A stretch of 63,238 bases of DNA, counting the filler, from Chthonomonadaceae bacterium (lineage in GTDB: Bacteria > Armatimonadota > Chthonomonadetes > Chthonomonadales > Chthonomonadaceae): the NCBI GenBank assembly GCA_035650735.1. It is 3 parts of 3 records of this genome, joined end to end, with 100 filler letters (N's around TTAATTAATTAA, not from the genome) between each part and the next. Parts side by side here need not be neighbours in the genome. Positions count along the whole stretch, not along the records: positions 31,595 to 59,549 come from DASRGZ010000128.1; positions 59,650 to 63,238 come from DASRGZ010000141.1; 1 more part is not named here. One strand, 5' to 3'. Both the position numbers and the translations under genes were made by a program. Shown here one piece after another: positions 58,462 through 63,238 of the stretch. Position 1 is the first letter of the stretch. Every line of letters begins with the position of its first letter. The notes under the pieces are model-generated. The model saw only the letters and a list, made by a program, of their open reading frames with translations, searched no databases and had not been told where the DNA came from.

Positions 58462-59097
58462 ATGAATATGGAACGGAAACTGATTGTCGGCTTGGGGAAC
58501 CCCGGCTTAGAGTACGCCGGAACGCGGCACAACGTCGGCTTCGCGGTCGTAGAGACGCTGGCGCGTCGGCATGGCATTGCGATCACGAAGCGCAACTTCA
58601 AGGCCCTGTTGGGCGAGGGCCAGATCGCGGGGCAGCCTGTGCTGCTGGCGCTTCCCATGACCTATATGAACGCTTCGGGGGAGGCGGTCGCGGCCATAGC
58701 GCGCTTTTATAAAATCCCGCCGCAGGATATTATCGTCGTGCTGGACGATACGGCGCTTCCGCCGGGCCGCCTGCGCCTGCGCTATAAAGGTTCCGCCGGT
58801 GGGCATAATGGCCTACAAAATATTCTGACGTACCTGCATACGCAGGAGGTGCCGCGCATCCGCATTGGGGTCGGCAGCGCGCAACCGGGCAAGCTGGTCG
58901 GCCATGTCCTGTCGCGATTCCGCCCGGAGGAGCTGCCGACCATGCAGGAAGCATATGAGACGGCGGCGGATGCGGTCGAGTGCGCGCTTAAGGAAGGCTT
59001 TGAAACGGCGATGAACCGCTTCAACGCCCCCACAAAAACCCCGGACAAGGCGGAGGGTGATAAGGAAGAGGGCAAAAAGATCGCTTCGGCTATTTAG
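58462..59097 (+). CDS. pth: Peptidyl-tRNA hydrolase
   Basis: LIVGLGNPG, TRHNVGF, TYMNASG, GSAGGHNGL, RIRIGVG. Confidence 0.97.
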   Translation: MNMERKLIVGLGNPGLEYAGTRHNVGFAVVETLARRHGIAITKRNFKALLGEGQIAGQPVLLALPMTYMNASGEAVAAIARFYKIPPQDIIVVLDDTALPPGRLRLRYKGSAGGHNGLQNILTYLHTQEVPRIRIGVGSAQPGKLVGHVLSRFRPEELPTMQEAYETAADAVECALKEGFETAMNRFNAPTKTPDKAEGDKEEGKKIASAI

Positions 59098-59196
59098 CCG
59101 GGCCATTGCCTCTTTCTCTTTTCATGGCCGGGCGCGCGCTGCAAAGAGCAAAAATTCGTTACCTGACAATCGCCCCGGGCTATTTAGCAACGGGCC

Positions 59197-59225
59197 TTGA
59201 CAGACGATAGAGAGTATAGTATAAC
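59197..59225 (+). promoter_or_regulatory. Sigma-70 promoter P1
   Basis: TTGACA-17 bp-TATAAC. Confidence 0.7.
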
Positions 59226-59336
59226 ATACAGGCTTCAGCAATAAGGTAGACGATCCAACACGGACATGCTTCCACATGCTGAAGCTGCCAGCGAAGGCGT
59301 CAAACTCAATCGCCGAAAACGGATGCGTGCGAAACC

Positions 59337-59365
59337 TTGACGAATTCGCTAGAGAATGGTATACT
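59337..59365 (+). promoter_or_regulatory. Sigma-70 promoter P2 (extended -10)
   Basis: TTGACG-17 bp-TATACT with TG at -15/-14. Confidence 0.75.
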
Positions 59366-59549
59366 ACATTGCTTTCAGCCGGAGCCCCACAGCAGGGCCG
59401 GGCTGAAGATGCACCTTGACAGTTGTAGAGAGAGGTTTAGTGTGGACCTTGCTTGTGACAAGGTCTTGCGAGCCTTACGCTTCTTGTGAGCCATTCCCTT
59501 ACTCTAACTGGGACACCAGTTTCCTTGGCTCTCTGGCCCTGGGGGCTTG

Positions 59550-59649
59550 NNNNNNNNNNNNNNNNNNNNNNNNNNNNNNNNNNNNNNNNNNNNTTAATTA
59601 ATTAANNNNNNNNNNNNNNNNNNNNNNNNNNNNNNNNNNNNNNNNNNNN
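59550..59649. other. Assembly gap/linker
   Basis: N44-TTAATTAATTAA-N44. Confidence 0.98.
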
Positions 59650-59650
59650 G

Positions 59651-61909
<2,259 letters not shown>

Positions 61910-61923
61910 GGTTCTGGCAGTGG

Positions 61924-61971
61924 AAAACAGATGCGCCCCTGGAGAGTTGCCTCTCCGGGGGCGTTTGTTTT
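61924..61971 (+). terminator. Intrinsic terminator of clpC
   Basis: CGCCCCTGGAGAG-TTGC-CTCTCCGGGGGCG followed by TTTGTTTT. Confidence 0.8.
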
Positions 61972-62023
61972 GGGGGACCGCTAAAGAGAGTGAAAAAAAT
62001 AGCTAGAAAGTTCGCATGATTGC

Positions 62024-62052
62024 TTGACAATGGAATGCGAGTTTGCTATATT
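62024..62052 (+). promoter_or_regulatory. Sigma-70 promoter
   Basis: TTGACA-17 bp-TATATT with extended TG. Confidence 0.7.
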
Positions 62053-62122
62053 GTCACCTATACTTCGCTTGGCTGCCAAGCCGGCGAACGCCCAGTTTAA
62101 TCCTAAGTGAAAAGGATGTACC

Positions 62123-63099
62123 ATGCCTGCTCGCCGCCTGCCTGCGCTCCTTTCGGCCTTGATGCGTTCTGCTTTGTTTCCCCTCTGGCTGGCCTGTGGA
62201 TTGTTGTCAGCCTATTCTGCGCACGCAGAACTTCCACCCACGCTCACACTTTTAGATGAAGTCGGGCAACTGGCCGGCTCTATCCCTGGCGGGCAGGTGA
62301 CCGCCTGGAAACGGCAACTGCACCTAGCCAACCTACCCGCCGCAGAAGCCGCCAAGCTCCACCTCTGGCTGGGCGAATACAAGCTGGCACAAGAGGAGCA
62401 GCCAGAACAGGCGCTCTGGCACTTCCGGCAGGCGCAGCAGCTTTCCAAGCCCTCGGAGGTTTGCTATGGGCTGGCTGCCTACGATAGCGCCGTCGCGTTG
62501 ATGTATGCGGGCGCTTATCACAGCAGGCAACCGAAGCTTTCCACCGCTTGCTTTCCCCCAAGACCGCCCTTCCTGGCTACGACCCACGCAGGTGCGCGCT
62601 CTGGTATCGCCATGCGAAAGCCCATGCGGGCTACCATGCCCAGCGCGCCAAGCTGGGCATCCCCGAACCGGTTCGTCTGGATCCCTTATGCGCAGCCGCT
62701 GCGCTTGCCGCCTGCCTGCGTGATCGTGGCTTGCCCTTCGATAAGAAGACCGTGCTCTCCGCCTGCCGGGTGACGGGCCGAGGGAGTAATCTGCGCGACG
62801 TGCTCAATGCGGCCAAGAAGCTGGGGGTGGTGGCGCGCCCGGTAACGGCAGATGATAGGGGCTTGATAGCGCTTCCTAAGCCCCTGGTTGCCTATGTGGA
62901 GCATGACCACTATATTGCTGTGGTCAGGGCAGATAAGCGCGGAGTATCCTACCTGTGTTCGGACTGCGGCCCCTGGCCGGGCGGACGAGTAGACCTGACC
63001 TGGAAGCAGTGGCACGCCCTGGATCCGGTTTTGTATGTTGCGATCACCAAGCCTGGCCTAGCCTCCGACCGATGGCTGCGCACCGTGTTAGCTGGTGGG
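62123..63099 (+). pseudogene. Secreted TPR + peptidase C39-like protein, frameshifted near 62520 and interrupted by an IS
   Basis: Removing 2 nt in GCTTATCACAGCAG joins ...AGAY to QQATEAFHRLLSPK; C39 motifs DPLCAAAAL, HY, D; stop at 63103-63105 lies inside the IS end. Confidence 0.75.
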
Positions 63100-63238
63100 T
63101 GTTGAACGACAAATATCCTTCCTGGTCGGCGACAATTAGATTTCCCGTTGCCTCTTTTTCAGGATGGTGCGATTTCTGCTGCTTGCTGCTGGCTTTGCGC
63201 CTGCTCCATACGGTAACTGGGCAGGTTCAACTCCAGGA
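63100..63238 (-). mobile_element. Right end of an IS21-family element
   Basis: Terminus TGTTGAACGACAAAT with an internal CGACAA repeat; adjacent to an IstB-like C-terminus. Confidence 0.7.
63159..63238 (-). CDS. istB: IS21 helper ATPase C-terminus (partial)
   Basis: LELNLPSYRMEQAQSQQQAAEIAPS*; the ELxxxSYR motif is typical of IstB ends. Confidence 0.7.
   Translation of the reverse strand, partial: LELNLPSYRMEQAQSQQQAAEIAPS

Noticed and set aside
59100..59549. CIRCE/CtsR heat-shock operator or tRNA before clpC
   Set aside because: No TTAGCACTC-N9-GAGTGCTAA, CtsR heptad repeat or cloverleaf seen

Overview
GC-rich bacterial genomic DNA in three assembly segments joined by 100-nt N/TTAATTAATTAA/N linkers (31495-31594, 59550-59649). 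The gene content resembles Armatimonadota/PVC-type environmental bacteria (inference only). 1-15.4 kb is a minus-strand Wzx/Wzy exopolysaccharide cluster with two consensus sigma-54 promoters. An orphan, leaderless type I-E CRISPR mini-array (4 repeats + 1 relic, four 32-nt spacers) sits inside this cluster between wza and the epimerase, in the sense orientation. The rest of the window holds DUF1501 and DUF1549/1553 genes, a GS-like/Fe-ADH pair, transporters, NDH-2 with a Rex box, GH172, ThuA, two sigma factors, a two-component pair, PBP1A with a predicted leaderless mRNA, a 1444-aa di-heme HEAT protein carrying an in-frame 126-bp palindromic element, pth, clpC, and a frameshifted C39-peptidase gene cut by an IS21-family end. 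Intergenic DNA is dense in REP-like hairpins. These include a nested 'bracket' repeat family whose left and right motifs co-vary, and three isolated repeat-spacer-repeat units with CRISPR-like dimensions. Protein family calls come from motif recognition by eye, not from database searches.
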